Positions 32,715-43,571 are shown, counted from the stretch's first letter. The stretch is 64,000 nucleotides of DNA from a bacterium (GCA_037137535.1 JBAXKC010000003.1:73960-137959), one strand, 5' to 3'. Translations and numbers: made by a program. The notes: generated from the sequence alone by a model not told the origin.

Positions 32715-33624
32715 AGTTCCTGCTACAAGTGCAAATATGGGGCCTGGGTTTGATTGTTTCGGCATAGCTCTTTCTATGTACAATACAGTTACATTGGAAG
32801 AAACCGTATATCCTACTAATGGACTTGAAATAAATATCTTAGGCGAACAAGATGAGGCTCTGTCTACATTTACAGTTCCTACGGATAAATCAAATATTGT
32901 ATATAAAGCGGTAGAACTACTTTATAACTATACAGGGCAGACTCCTCCTGCTTTAAGAATAAATATACAATCTAATATTCCTATTGCAAAAGGATTGGGA
33001 AGTAGTGCTTCTGTAATCGTGGGCGGTGTTTTAGCGGCAAATAAATTGCTTGGAAATCCTGCTGATCAAGAAGCGCTTTTATCTATTGCAAATGAAATTG
33101 AAGGACATCCTGATAATATTGCTCCTGCTATGCTTGGTGGCTTTGTTGTTTCAAGCGTAGAAGATGATAGCAGTATAATTCACAGAAAAATAGAATGGCC
33201 TGATAATTGGAAATTAATCATCGGTGTGCCTGATTATGAGCTTGCTACTCAAATTTCAAGATCAGTATTGCCTGAAAGTGTTAAATTTCAAGATGCGGTT
33301 TATAATGCAAAACGTTGCGCAATGTTTGTAGAGGCTCTTCATACAAAAGATAAAGAACTTATGAGAGTAGCTCTTCAAGATAAACTTCATCAGCCATATA
33401 GAGCAAGATTAGTTCCAGGATTAAATGAAATAACCGAAGAACTTAAACAAACAGATGCTATTGGTTGTGTTTTAAGTGGTGCAGGTCCAAGTATTCTTGT
33501 TATTGCTGAAAATAATGCAGTAGAAGATGCAAAAATAAGAATAAAAGATGTTTGGGAAAGCATCGGTGTTAAGGCTATGATTAAAAGTATTGCAGTTGAT
33601 ACCAAAGGCGCAGTAATTATCTAG
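32698..33624 (+). CDS. thrB: Homoserine kinase
   Basis: VPATSANMGPGFD, PIAKGLGSSAS, EGHPDN, LSGAGPS; GTG start. Confidence 0.96.
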   Translation: MKVSVKVPATSANMGPGFDCFGIALSMYNTVTLEETVYPTNGLEINILGEQDEALSTFTVPTDKSNIVYKAVELLYNYTGQTPPALRINIQSNIPIAKGLGSSASVIVGGVLAANKLLGNPADQEALLSIANEIEGHPDNIAPAMLGGFVVSSVEDDSSIIHRKIEWPDNWKLIIGVPDYELATQISRSVLPESVKFQDAVYNAKRCAMFVEALHTKDKELMRVALQDKLHQPYRARLVPGLNEITEELKQTDAIGCVLSGAGPSILVIAENNAVEDAKIRIKDVWESIGVKAMIKSIAVDTKGAVII

Positions 33625-33685
33625 CAATTTTTAATGCGTTTGGGTTTTATTTATATATAAATATTGTGAATCTTTGGAGTTTAAT

Positions 33686-34060
33686 ATGCAAATAGGTTTT
33701 AATAGTAGCCAGATAGAGCAAGCAGGGACTGTTGCAAAAAGAGTAATAAAAGACAATCCTGTTATAAAACGTGGAGAAGCGGTTGTAAAACAACAGCTTG
33801 TAGCTCATAGCGGACAAATTGAATCAAGTTTGCCAAAAGTTTGTAAGCAAATACAAACTTTTGTTCAAGATTCTTTTAAATCTGTGAAAAAGTTTTTTGG
33901 AGATGTCTTTGAAGGAATAAAAAATCTTTTTACAGAAAGAGGAACGATTACAATAAATGGTAAAGTTATACATCCATCTTCAACCTCAGTAACAATAATA
34001 GAGAATGGTACCCCAATTCAAGTTGGAAAACACAATGTACAAGAAATAGTTATTAAGTAA
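33686..34060 (+). CDS. Orphan protein (MQIGFN... leader)
   Basis: ATG 33686 after GGAG; own terminator at 34100-34145. Confidence 0.7.
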   Translation: MQIGFNSSQIEQAGTVAKRVIKDNPVIKRGEAVVKQQLVAHSGQIESSLPKVCKQIQTFVQDSFKSVKKFFGDVFEGIKNLFTERGTITINGKVIHPSSTSVTIIENGTPIQVGKHNVQEIVIK

Positions 34061-34099
34061 AAGATAAATAATTAATTAATACCAACAACATTCAAAATT

Positions 34100-34145
34100 A
34101 AAAATCCCAATATTCTTTTCTAAATTGAATATCGGGATTTTTTTT
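34100..34145 (+). terminator. Intrinsic terminator
   Basis: AAAAATCCCAATATTC...GAATATCGGGATTTTTTTT. Confidence 0.75.
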
Positions 34146-34160
34146 GTAGCTTATATCACC

Positions 34161-34405
34161 ATTATAGTGTTTGATTAAATTTATCTTTAAAAGATATATG
34201 TTTTTTGAGTATAAATCTTAACATATTTATATGGTGCTATTAGCATTTTAATACCATATTCTGTTTTTATAAATATAGGGTAGAATTAATCGTTAAGTGT
34301 AAAAGAGGAGAATTTAGATGTCGATTTCAAAATTAGGAACTATGAACAACTTATTTGCAACAACTTCAATTGATACAAGCGTAAAACCACAGGATCTCAA
34401 AAAGA
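34161..34405 (+). repeat. Copy 1 of a ~245-bp direct repeat (upstream region, RBS and first ~29 codons)
   Basis: Aligns by eye to 34849-35090 (GCATTTTAATACCATATTCTGTTTTTATAAATATAGG...AAAAGAGGAGAATTTAGATGTCGATTTCAAAATTAGGA). Confidence 0.92.
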
Positions 34406-34758
34406 ATTCAAATAGTGTATGGACAAATTTACCAAATGAAAAGGCTATTAAGGTTGCTGATATATCTATTAATAATGCTGGCCCAGGAGCACCACCGCTA
34501 CATCAATCAGTTTCTGCAGGTGATTTTACATGGGCATATGCTGCAACTGGAGATGGTCCTGGCGTAACCTATATGGATACACCAGGTAGGGCCGTAAAAC
34601 ATATCAGACTTACTCGAGAGCAGGATAGAAGAGCGATACAGGCTATTGAACAAGTAAGAACAAGATGGGATGATACTCCATACAATTTATTCAACCATAA
34701 TTGTAGAGGCTTTGCTGAAGAAGCATTTAATGCTGCGAGGTCGGCGGTTGGGAAATAA
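34318..34758 (+). CDS. Permuted papain-like (PPPDE/LRAT/DUF4105-like) protein, paralog 1
   Basis: His in PLHQSV upstream of YNLFNHNCRGF (Y-x-L-x-x-x-NC-x-x-F). Confidence 0.75.
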   Translation: MSISKLGTMNNLFATTSIDTSVKPQDLKKNSNSVWTNLPNEKAIKVADISINNAGPGAPPLHQSVSAGDFTWAYAATGDGPGVTYMDTPGRAVKHIRLTREQDRRAIQAIEQVRTRWDDTPYNLFNHNCRGFAEEAFNAARSAVGK

Positions 34759-34783
34759 ATATTCAACAAAAGAATTTTAAATT

Positions 34784-34830
34784 AAACATCCTGATTTTTC
34801 TTTGATAAAAGAACGTTCAGGATGTTTTTT
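34784..34830 (+). terminator. Intrinsic terminator
   Basis: AAACATCCTGA...TCAGGATGTTTTTT. Confidence 0.7.
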
Positions 34831-34848
34831 GCATCCTAATATATAGTT

Positions 34849-35090
34849 ATTGTAGTATTTGATTTAATTTGCATTCAAAAGATATATATTTTTTGAATAC
34901 AAATCTTAATATGTTTGTGCAATATTGGCATTTTAATACCATATTCTGTTTTTATAAATATAGGATAGAATTAATCGTTAAGTATAAAAGAGGAGAATTT
35001 AGATGTCGATTTCAAAATTAGGATCTATGGACAACTTATTTGCAACAACTTCAAGTAATACAAGCGTAAAACCACAAGAATCACAAAAGA
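34849..35090 (+). repeat. Copy 2 of the ~245-bp direct repeat
   Basis: Aligns to 34161-34405. Confidence 0.92.
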
Positions 35091-35473
35091 GTGGATCAAT
35101 TTTTAATCAAAAACCATCTCAAGAAATAGCAGATATTTCATTTATGAGAAAAGGACCTAGTACAGGCTATGAACATCAATATGTATATTTTAATGAACTA
35201 CAGCAGGGATTTGGTTTTGTTCCAAGTAAAGAATTAAATATGATAGGACAAGCACCGGGTCATATTCAGGGCGAGAATCGCGATAGAGATGATATTGAAA
35301 TGAGAAGAATTCCTGCAAATAAAGCGGAAGAACAAAAAGTTTTAAATTATATGAGACAACAGGGTGCAATAGAAGATTATGATGGCACAGATTATTATTT
35401 AACAGGTCGTAATTGTATGACATTTATTAATGAAGTACATAAAGATGTAGGTAGAGTATTAAATAGACATTAA
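35003..35473 (+). CDS. Permuted papain-like (PPPDE/LRAT/DUF4105-like) protein, paralog 2
   Basis: His in YEHQYV, GFGF strand, YYLTGRNCMTF. Confidence 0.75.
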   Translation: MSISKLGSMDNLFATTSSNTSVKPQESQKSGSIFNQKPSQEIADISFMRKGPSTGYEHQYVYFNELQQGFGFVPSKELNMIGQAPGHIQGENRDRDDIEMRRIPANKAEEQKVLNYMRQQGAIEDYDGTDYYLTGRNCMTFINEVHKDVGRVLNRH

Positions 35474-35498
35474 TCTTTAAAAAATAAATATAGTTATG

Positions 35499-35526
35499 AA
35501 ATAAGCCTTACTCAGGCTTATTTTTT
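35499..35526 (+). terminator. Intrinsic terminator
   Basis: AAATAAGCCT-TACTC-AGGCTTATTTTTT. Confidence 0.75.
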
Positions 35527-35646
35527 GTTGTACTTATTTAAAAAGATATGATAAATTAATTTAATTGGAATATATATTTATAACTAATTTTTATCTGGAA
35601 AAATAGTTGCAACTATATAGCTATTGAGTCATAAGGATATAAACTG

Positions 35647-37794
35647 ATGAAGTTACTGGATTTTTGTAAGAGAAAATTCAATCTTAATTCAATTAAATTT
35701 AAAATATTTTTCTCGATTTTTATAATAATGCTTATTTCTAATGGAATTATTAGTACTATAAGCATAACAAAATCTACAGCTTCGATGGAAAATGAAGTAA
35801 AATCGACACTTTTAGTTTCTTCAAAAAATGAATCAAATAAAGTTGCTTTTTACCTTTTGGAAAAACAAAAAATAGTTGATGGATTAGCAAATACTTTATC
35901 TGCGACATTTAATCCGGACAAATTTAATGATGCCCAGTATTTAAGGAATTACAGGTTAAAAACGTTAGATCCTATTTTAAAAGTTGCAATGCAATCTACA
36001 AAGAACGTAACTGGTTTTTATGGAGATATGAACATTGACAAGCAGAATGTTTTAAAAAATGGTTTTGAATGCGGGGGTTGGTTTTTAGATAAAAATAATG
36101 ATGGAATTCCTGAAAGGCAGGATGTCTACGATAAGGATCTTAAATCCTTTTTAAGGGGTAGTGGTCCAGCTATGGATTATTATTATAATTTGGTAGATAA
36201 GAAAGATAAATTATCACACTGGGTTGAGCCTAAAATTGATCCTGAGATGAAAATACCATTAGTTAGCTATATGAAAAAAGCTTATTCAACTCCTGATGAT
36301 TTAAAGTCAACTTTACTTGGTAGTGTTGGCACTGATATTGCTCTTACTCGTATTAGAGAAGAAGTTAATAATATTAAAATGTATAAAACAGGATATGCTT
36401 TTCTTTTATCACCAAAACTTAATTTTATTGCTCATAAAAAATTTACATTAAAAGATAATCTTATAACGGTACAAAAAGGTCTATATAAGCCCCTTGTTAA
36501 TGCAATTAAGAAAAACAGCTCAGGACTCATTAAAATTAAAGAAGGAAATGGCGATAAGTTAATTGCTTTTTCGAAGTTATTTAACGGGTTTATCCTTGTT
36601 ATTTCAGTACCTGAAGTTGAAGCAATGGCTGAAGTTGATAATATTAGAAATATTTTGATGATAATAACCATTGTTTTTCTATCATTGTCTACAATTATTG
36701 CTTATAAAGTCGGTGATTTTATAGCTTTACCTATTGAAAGGCTTAATTTATTAATAAAAAAATTATCAAATAATGATCTTTCGATAGAAATTAAGGATGA
36801 TAATAGTAAATCTGAAATGGGAGAGCTTAATAATTCATTTAAATTGTTTGTGAATAACTTAAAAAATCTTGTATCTTCAATTAATAATTCCGTTTCTCAA
36901 GTTTCATCAAGTGCAGAAGTCTTTGCTGAAACTTCAAGAGCAACTACTATTGGTTCTCAACAAATAACAGGAGCTATCTCACAACTTGCTGAAGGGGCTA
37001 CTGATCAGGTTTCCAAGGTGAATATCATATTAGATAATATGAAAGATATTAATAGCTCAACGAAAGAAGTTCTTGAGTGTGCAGAATATACGTCAACTAT
37101 TTCTAAAAAAACTTCTAATGATGCGACTATGGGCTATAATCAATCAAAAGAATCTGTTAAAAAAATGAGAAAAATTATGGAAATTACTCATAAAACAGCA
37201 GACTCTATTAATGAACTTGATAATCTTACTGCAAATGTGGAATTTATAATTGAAATTATAAATAAAATTGCTAACCAGACGAATCTTCTTGCTTTAAATG
37301 CGGCTATTGAGGCAGCAAGGGCAGGGGTGCATGGGAAAGGATTTGCGGTAGTAGCAAAAGAAGTAAGGGAATTAGCAGTACAATCTTCTGACTCTACAAA
37401 AAAAATATCTGGTTTACTTGCTGAAATTCAGAATAAAACACATATGGCTGTTAAAGAAATGCAAGATAATCTTCAAGAAATTGAAATAGGGATGAGTCAG
37501 GTTGAACTTATTGGCGAAGAATTAGAATCAATTTTAAAAGCTGCCGATTCAACAAATGAATATGTTAATCAAATCACTCAACAAATTCATACTTTAGCTG
37601 AAAAATCTAATAATATATCTTTGTCATTAGACAATATTGTTGCTGTTGCAGAAGAAGCAAGTGCAACAACAGAAGAAGTTGCAGCCGCTTCTGAGCAGCA
37701 AATGGCAACTGTTGAAGAAGTTAATGCAACCTCTTCAACTCTTTTAGAAATAGCGGAAGAGTTAAATCATAAAATATCGGTATTTAAGACATAG
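35647..37794 (+). CDS. Methyl-accepting chemotaxis protein (Cache-type sensor, HAMP)
   Basis: 2 [43 protein letters not shown]. Confidence 0.96.
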   Translation: MKLLDFCKRKFNLNSIKFKIFFSIFIIMLISNGIISTISITKSTASMENEVKSTLLVSSKNESNKVAFYLLEKQKIVDGLANTLSATFNPDKFNDAQYLRNYRLKTLDPILKVAMQSTKNVTGFYGDMNIDKQNVLKNGFECGGWFLDKNNDGIPERQDVYDKDLKSFLRGSGPAMDYYYNLVDKKDKLSHWVEPKIDPEMKIPLVSYMKKAYSTPDDLKSTLLGSVGTDIALTRIREEVNNIKMYKTGYAFLLSPKLNFIAHKKFTLKDNLITVQKGLYKPLVNAIKKNSSGLIKIKEGNGDKLIAFSKLFNGFILVISVPEVEAMAEVDNIRNILMIITIVFLSLSTIIAYKVGDFIALPIERLNLLIKKLSNNDLSIEIKDDNSKSEMGELNNSFKLFVNNLKNLVSSINNSVSQVSSSAEVFAETSRATTIGSQQITGAISQLAEGATDQVSKVNIILDNMKDINSSTKEVLECAEYTSTISKKTSNDATMGYNQSKESVKKMRKIMEITHKTADSINELDNLTANVEFIIEIINKIANQTNLLALNAAIEAARAGVHGKGFAVVAKEVRELAVQSSDSTKKISGLLAEIQNKTHMAVKEMQDNLQEIEIGMSQVELIGEELESILKAADSTNEYVNQITQQIHTLAEKSNNISLSLDNIVAVAEEASATTEEVAAASEQQMATVEEVNATSSTLLEIAEELNHKISVFKT

Positions 37795-37907
37795 TTGCTG
37801 ATATTTTTTAAAAAATATATTGTACAATTTTATGTTGAGCTGATTTTAAAGATAAACTTTAAGAGTCTTTTATAAGTGTGGAGTGTAAAATTTGAAAGTC
37901 AGATTGA

Positions 37908-37976
37908 TCGGCTTCTCAAAAGTTAGCTGAGCAAGTAAAGGAATTACAAAAACAGTTTTCTGTTTTCAAAATTTAG
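37908..37976 (+). pseudogene. Probable 3' remnant of a second MCP gene
   Basis: Reads SASQKLAEQVKELQKQFSVFKI*, like the MCP C-terminus ([21 protein letters not shown]); no start codon, preceded by in-frame TGA. Confidence 0.55.
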
Positions 37977-38004
37977 AATAGGAATTAATAAAAGGGTTGA
38001 ATGA

Positions 38005-39426
38005 GTGTTTGTATTAAAAAAAGAAACTAAATCACGTTTTTTATTCAGTTTGCTTATGTGTTCTGTTTTGTTTGTTGCTCCTGCTTTTGCAGAAGAGCAA
38101 GCTAAAACGGTTATCTTAACGTCAAATGAAAATAAACCCGTAATTGCTGAAGAAACATCAGTGAACACTAAAAACATTCTTCCCGCTATTGATTTAAATA
38201 GTACGGGAGAAAGTAAAGATAAAAATATTATTCCTATTCTTGAACTAAAAGGCGGAGTTAATAAAGAGCATCCTTCTGCTATTAAATCCTGGTTAACAGG
38301 GAATTATTTTTCAGGCGATTGGATGGGATTAAGAACAAATTTGGAAGAGCATGGTATTAATCTTCAAGCTAATTACATTTTCGATAGCTTTGGAAAAACT
38401 AGAGGCGGACTGACTAATAAGAATCATTCCAGTGTTTATGGACTTCTTGATTCAACATTAACAATAGATACAGAAAAATTGCATTTAATAAAAGGCGGAA
38501 TAATCGGTACAAGATTTCAGGTAAAACATGGTAACGGTCTGTCTAATGATTTTGTCGGTGATTATCAAGGCTATGATAACTATGATGGTGATAAAATTGT
38601 TCAACTCAGTGAGTATTGGTATGAACAAAGGCTTTTTAAAGATTATTTAAAAGTAAAAATAGGAAAACAAGACGCAAATAATGATTTTTGTGCTTTATCC
38701 AGCGGTTTTAATATGATGAACTCGTCTTTTTCCTTTATGCCTAATATTCCACTTCCTTCTTATCCCATTCAGGCATTAGGTGTTGTTACGACTATATCTC
38801 CAACAGATTGGCTTTCCTTTAGGCATGGGGTTTTTGACGGTGAATCAAAAATCAATAGTTTAGGATTTAATACTGCTTTCAATGGAAAAGGCAACATATT
38901 TAATATTGAAGAAATTGCTGTAACTCCAACTATAAAAGGATATCGTGGTAAATATATGGTAGGATTATGGAATCATAGCGGTAATACCGATGAAATAACA
39001 GCTAGCGATCAAGTAAAAACTTATAATCAAAATTATGGAAATTATGTAGGTTTTGAGCAGATGATTTATAAGGAAAATAAAGATTGTGATGATGATCAAG
39101 GTGCAACTATTTTAGGACAATACAGTTGGGCTCCTGTAAATAGAAATGAAATTCCTATTTATTACGGTTTAGGCCTACAATACAAGGGTTTAATTCCAAA
39201 AAGAAACAACGATGTTTTTCTTACAGGTGTTGCTATTGCAAAGTTAAATCCAAGATTGAGAGATATTGATGAAAGAAGAGGTTGTGAAACAGCTTACGAT
39301 ACTTCTTATAAAATACAATTAACGCCTTGGTGCGCATTACAACCTGATATGCAAGTGATTTTTCATCCTAATGGACAAGAAAAAACAGCGTGGTTGTTAG
39401 GACTTAGAACATTATTTACTTTTTAA
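38005..39426 (+). CDS. Carbohydrate-selective porin, OprB family
   Basis: Signal peptide (AFA-E), GDWMGLRTNLEEHGI, LSEYWYEQ, KIGKQD, LQPDMQ, terminal Phe. Confidence 0.9.
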   Translation: MFVLKKETKSRFLFSLLMCSVLFVAPAFAEEQAKTVILTSNENKPVIAEETSVNTKNILPAIDLNSTGESKDKNIIPILELKGGVNKEHPSAIKSWLTGNYFSGDWMGLRTNLEEHGINLQANYIFDSFGKTRGGLTNKNHSSVYGLLDSTLTIDTEKLHLIKGGIIGTRFQVKHGNGLSNDFVGDYQGYDNYDGDKIVQLSEYWYEQRLFKDYLKVKIGKQDANNDFCALSSGFNMMNSSFSFMPNIPLPSYPIQALGVVTTISPTDWLSFRHGVFDGESKINSLGFNTAFNGKGNIFNIEEIAVTPTIKGYRGKYMVGLWNHSGNTDEITASDQVKTYNQNYGNYVGFEQMIYKENKDCDDDQGATILGQYSWAPVNRNEIPIYYGLGLQYKGLIPKRNNDVFLTGVAIAKLNPRLRDIDERRGCETAYDTSYKIQLTPWCALQPDMQVIFHPNGQEKTAWLLGLRTLFTF

Positions 39427-39446
39427 GTCATTAAAACTATAAATTT

Positions 39447-39486
39447 AAAAAAGTATTTGTCTATTATCAGAATAAATACTTTTTTT
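39447..39486. terminator. Bidirectional terminator between porin and truB
   Basis: AAAAAAGTATTT...AAATACTTTTTT. Confidence 0.6.
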
Positions 39487-40370
39487 TAAATAAATACATT
39501 TTTAGGGCATATCTTTTCTTCGCTGAATTCAGCTACAGAAACAAGTTGATCTTGATATATTAATAAAATTCGCTCATTTTCTTTAAAAGAATTATTATTT
39601 TGATATAAAAATTGTCCTTTTTTTATTTTTTCAAGTTCAATATCATTTATATTTATTTTATTTAGAGTAAGTTCGTCTAATGGTGCAATTAATATTTCAT
39701 TAATTTTGTTATTAGAATAAATTTCACTAATATCTTCAAGTTTAACGGAATTTTTAACAGGAAATTTTCCTGCTCTTGTTCTTATTAGCCCTGATAAAGT
39801 AGCACCACAGCCTAATAATTTTCCTAAATCATAAGCTATAGAACGAACGTAAGTCCCTGAGGTGCAGTCCATATCGACTACTAATACAGGGTGTTCCGTT
39901 TCTTGTTCTAAGACTTCAACAAGTTTTATATTCTCTATGGTTACTTTTCTTGTCGGAATCTCTTCTACTTCAATATTCTCACGAGCATATTCATATAAAC
40001 GTTTACCTTTATAGTGAATAGCAGAATAAATAGGCGGAGTTTGAGTAATTTCGCCACTAAATGTTAATAATGCTTTTTCAACGGCTTCTACATCTAAAAT
40101 AACAGGAGTTGAATGAATAATTTCACCTTCCATGTCATAAGTCGTAGTTTCTATTCCTAATTTTATAAAAGCTTTATAGGCTTTAGTATCATCAAGATAT
40201 TGAATCAGCTTTGTAGCCTTGCCGAGACAAATAGGTAAAACCCCTTCAGCCATAGGATCAAGAGTTCCTGTATGACCTATTTGTTTCATTTTAAGGATTT
40301 TTCTTAATTTACTGATAACATCATGCGAAGTTATGCCTTTAGGCTTGTAAATGTTTAATATACCAAACAC
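39486..40370 (-). CDS. truB: tRNA pseudouridine(55) synthase
   Basis: KPKGITSHDV, GHTGTLDPMAEGVL, PPIYSA, SGTYVRS. Confidence 0.97.
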   Translation of the reverse strand: MFGILNIYKPKGITSHDVISKLRKILKMKQIGHTGTLDPMAEGVLPICLGKATKLIQYLDDTKAYKAFIKLGIETTTYDMEGEIIHSTPVILDVEAVEKALLTFSGEITQTPPIYSAIHYKGKRLYEYARENIEVEEIPTRKVTIENIKLVEVLEQETEHPVLVVDMDCTSGTYVRSIAYDLGKLLGCGATLSGLIRTRAGKFPVKNSVKLEDISEIYSNNKINEILIAPLDELTLNKININDIELEKIKKGQFLYQNNNSFKENERILLIYQDQLVSVAEFSEEKICPKNVFI

Positions 40371-40374
40371 CTAA

Positions 40375-40725
40375 TTATATTTCGCCTCGTGAAATTTTAT
40401 CAAGAAGTTCTGTTATCTTGCTTCCACGCTCTAATGAATCATCAAGCTTGAAAGAAATAGCAGGAGTATGTCTTAGTCTTATTCTTTTGCTGACTTCTCC
40501 TCTCACATAAGAAGTTTTTTCTTCTAATGCTTCGATTGCTTGTCTTCTTTCTTCTTCAGAACCAAAAACGCTTATAAATACTTTTGCATAGCTGTAATCT
40601 GCTGATAAGTCTATATCTATAATTGAAACAATTGTAGGTATTCTCGGGTCTCTTAGATTTTTTTGAATTATATCGCTTATCTCACGCATGAGGGCTTTCT
40701 TTATGCGGTCTGCTCTTGAGTGCAT
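40375..40725 (-). CDS. rbfA: 30S ribosome-binding factor A
   Basis: RADRI....REIS, DPR, LSADYSYAKVF, LRHTP, DDSLERG; ATG 40725 after GGGAG. Confidence 0.96.
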   Translation of the reverse strand: MHSRADRIKKALMREISDIIQKNLRDPRIPTIVSIIDIDLSADYSYAKVFISVFGSEEERRQAIEALEEKTSYVRGEVSKRIRLRHTPAISFKLDDSLERGSKITELLDKISRGEI

Positions 40726-40756
40726 AATTAATTTCTCCCTTAGTCTCTTAAAAAGG

Positions 40757-40793
40757 TTACCCTTATAATTATACACAAATATTATAAGGGTAA
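40757..40793 (-). terminator. Hairpin/terminator between infB and rbfA
   Basis: TTACCCTTATAAT-N11-ATTATAAGGGTAA, followed on the minus strand by CCTTTTT. Confidence 0.6.
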
Positions 40794-40820
40794 TACCTAT
40801 TAATTATTTAAGATTTAAAT

Positions 40821-43571
40821 TTAAACGAGAGTATCTCTTTCAATTTCTTCCATTGAGGAAACTCTGATTATATCTCCTTCGATTAAGTCGTTAAACTTAC
40901 TGAAAGATATACCGCATTCATAGCCTTGCGCTACTTCTTTTGCATCGTCTTTAAATCTTTTCAGTTGATCAATGGTTCCTCTAAATATTTCCTTGTTATT
41001 TCTCATAACTTTAGCAATTTTGTTTCTTACAATTTTGCCTTCAATTACATAACAGCCAGCAATTTTAGTGGTTTTACCAAGTGTAAATACTTGTCTTACT
41101 TCGGCAGCACCAAGTTCAACTTCTTTTATTTCAGGTTGTAATAGTCCAAGCATTGTTTTTTCAATGTCTTCAAGAATTTGATAAATGATATCATATTTTC
41201 TTATTTTAACATTTTCAATTTGTGCAATTCTTAGAGCATTTACATCTTCTTTTACACTATAACCGATGATAAGAGCGTTACTTGCTGAAGCAAGCATAAC
41301 ATCAGCTTCAGATATTTCACCAACTCCAATATGCACAATTTTTACGAAAATATGCTTTGAAGTAAGTTGATGAATTGCTGCACTTACAGCTTCTGCTGAA
41401 CCGTGAGTGTTTGCTTTGATGATGATGTTTAGTGTTTGAGTTAAATCAACTTCTTCACCTTGCATTACCATTTCTGTTCTAACCTGCATTGGAGAGATTG
41501 ACTCAAATTTGGTCATTTTTTCTTGTTCTTTTCTCTCTTCTGCTATTATTCTCATTATTTTTTCATTTTCAACAACTTCAAAATGATCGCCTGATTGAGG
41601 CACTTCAGTTAGGCCTAATACTTCAACAGGTGTGCTTGGGCCGACTTTTTTGATTCTTTCGCCTTCATCAGTAATTAAAGCTCTTACTTTTCCTGCAATA
41701 GAGCCTGCTACAACGCAATCTCCAACTCTTAAAGTTCCAGATTGAACTAATAGTGTTGCAACAGCACCTTTTCCTTTGTCAAGTTTAGCTTCAATAATAA
41801 CCCCTGTCGCAGGTTCATTAGGATTAGCTTTTAAATTTTCAACTTCGGAAACAAGTAATATGTATTCAAGAAGTTCATCAAGGTTTGTACCTTGAAGAGC
41901 ACTAACAGGAACGCATATTGTATCTCCGCCCCATTTTTCAGGAACAAGTTCATATTCTGTAAGTTGTTGAAGAACTCTATCAGGATCAGCGCCAGGTTTA
42001 TCTATTTTATTTACAGCGATAATAATTGGCACTTTAGCCGCTTTAGCATGGTTTATAGCTTCAATTGTCTGAGGCATAATTCCATCATCCGCCGCAACTA
42101 CAAGAATAGCTATATCAGTTGCTTTAGCTCCTCTTGCTCTCATTGCCGTAAACGCTTCATGGCCCGGAGTGTCAAGGAAAACAATCTTTTTACCATCGAT
42201 TTTTACTGAATAAGCACCGATAGATTGTGTAATTCCGCCAACTTCACCGCTTACAATTTTATGTTTTGTCGCACGAATAGCATCTAAAAGAGTTGTTTTA
42301 CCATGATCAACGTGTCCCATAATTGTTACAACAGGAGCTCTATGCTCTAATGTTGATTCATCAACCTTTATTTCTTCAACCTCAGATCCTTCTTCAGGTT
42401 CAACTACTTTAGCTTCAGATAAAACGGTGAATCCTAATTTTTCGGATACGGTTTTTGCAGTGTCAATATCTATTACTTGGTTTACTGTTGCTAAAACCCC
42501 TGACATCATAAGTTCTTTAATGATTTCACTAGCTGAAACACTAATGCTTGATGCAAGGTCGCCAACGGTAATAGGCTTATCAATTACCACTTCTGTTACC
42601 TTCTCTTTTATTTCCTCTTGATCGGATTTTTTCTTTTTTTTGAATTTTTCTTGTAAAAGTTTTGATTGTTCGAGCTTTTCCTCTTTTGAGAAAACAGCAT
42701 CTTTTCCAACTTTATCTTTCTTTTTCGGAGCCGCTTTTCTAACCCCTGTACCTTTGCTTAAAGGTGCTTCAGGAGCAGCTGATGCAGATGGTCCTCCTGA
42801 GTGAGGTCTTCTTGGGAATGCGCCTCCGCCCGGTCTTTGCTGATCGGGTCTGAACACTCTACCCTCTCCGCCTGTAGCACCTGGAGTGCCAGGTCTTTGT
42901 TGAGGAAATTGTCCTTGAGGTCTTGGTCTATTAGGATCAAATCCGCCCGGTCTTTGTTGAGGGAATTGCCCTTGAGGTCTGTCTTGACGTGGAGGTCTGT
43001 TAGGATCAAAACCACCTGGTCTTTGTTGAGGGAATTGCCCTTGAGGTCTGTCTTGACGTGGAGGTCTGTTAGGATCAAAACCACCTGGTCTTTGTTGAGG
43101 GAATTGCCCTTGAGGTCTGTCTTGACGTGGAGGTCTGTTAGGATCAAAACCACCTGGTCTTTGTTGAGGGAATTGTCCTTGAGGCCTGTCTTGACGTGGA
43201 GGTCTATTGTTGTCAAATCTATCTTGCTGAGGTCTCTGTTGCTGAGGATATTGGTTTCTTACTTGATCTTTTGCAGCGGAAGATGTATTGGCAGATTGAT
43301 CGGGGGCTGTCGCAGGTGTTTTATTAACAACGGGAGCGGCTGGCTTTTCATTAGGGCTAGGAGCTGGTGTTGTCGGGACAGGCTGTGTCGGTTTTTTTGC
43401 AATGGAAGGTTTTGAAGATACTATGCTTTCAAGCTTGCTTGCTTCGGCTTCTTCAACTGTACTACTATGTGATTTTACTTTAATAGAAAACTCTCTCTCT
43501 AACATGTCCATTACTTCTTTGTTAGATAAGTTGAGTTTCTTTGCTAACTCATATATGCGAACTTTTGCCAT
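40821..43571 (-). CDS. infB: Translation initiation factor IF-2
   Basis: [39 protein letters not shown]. Confidence 0.99.
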   Translation of the reverse strand: MAKVRIYELAKKLNLSNKEVMDMLEREFSIKVKSHSSTVEEAEASKLESIVSSKPSIAKKPTQPVPTTPAPSPNEKPAAPVVNKTPATAPDQSANTSSAAKDQVRNQYPQQQRPQQDRFDNNRPPRQDRPQGQFPQQRPGGFDPNRPPRQDRPQGQFPQQRPGGFDPNRPPRQDRPQGQFPQQRPGGFDPNRPPRQDRPQGQFPQQRPGGFDPNRPRPQGQFPQQRPGTPGATGGEGRVFRPDQQRPGGGAFPRRPHSGGPSASAAPEAPLSKGTGVRKAAPKKKDKVGKDAVFSKEEKLEQSKLLQEKFKKKKKSDQEEIKEKVTEVVIDKPITVGDLASSISVSASEIIKELMMSGVLATVNQVIDIDTAKTVSEKLGFTVLSEAKVVEPEEGSEVEEIKVDESTLEHRAPVVTIMGHVDHGKTTLLDAIRATKHKIVSGEVGGITQSIGAYSVKIDGKKIVFLDTPGHEAFTAMRARGAKATDIAILVVAADDGIMPQTIEAINHAKAAKVPIIIAVNKIDKPGADPDRVLQQLTEYELVPEKWGGDTICVPVSALQGTNLDELLEYILLVSEVENLKANPNEPATGVIIEAKLDKGKGAVATLLVQSGTLRVGDCVVAGSIAGKVRALITDEGERIKKVGPSTPVEVLGLTEVPQSGDHFEVVENEKIMRIIAEERKEQEKMTKFESISPMQVRTEMVMQGEEVDLTQTLNIIIKANTHGSAEAVSAAIHQLTSKHIFVKIVHIGVGEISEADVMLASASNALIIGYSVKEDVNALRIAQIENVKIRKYDIIYQILEDIEKTMLGLLQPEIKEVELGAAEVRQVFTLGKTTKIAGCYVIEGKIVRNKIAKVMRNNKEIFRGTIDQLKRFKDDAKEVAQGYECGISFSKFNDLIEGDIIRVSSMEEIERDTLV
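42892..43205. repeat. 69-bp in-frame tandem repeat inside infB ([23 protein letters not shown])
   Basis: Identical units start at 42949, 43018, 43087; partial unit at 43156; shortened 57-bp unit at 42892. Confidence 0.95.

Noticed and set aside
34759-35002. Immunity gene for the papain-like proteins (toxin-immunity pair)
   Set aside because: The space holds only a terminator and the duplicated promoter module; no ORF.
42758-43415. Repetitive ORFs 42758-43216(-) and 42801-43415(+), and possible CRISPR-like periodicity
   Set aside because: They are alternative-frame shadows of the 69-bp infB repeat. Units are contiguous with no unique spacers and there are no cas genes.
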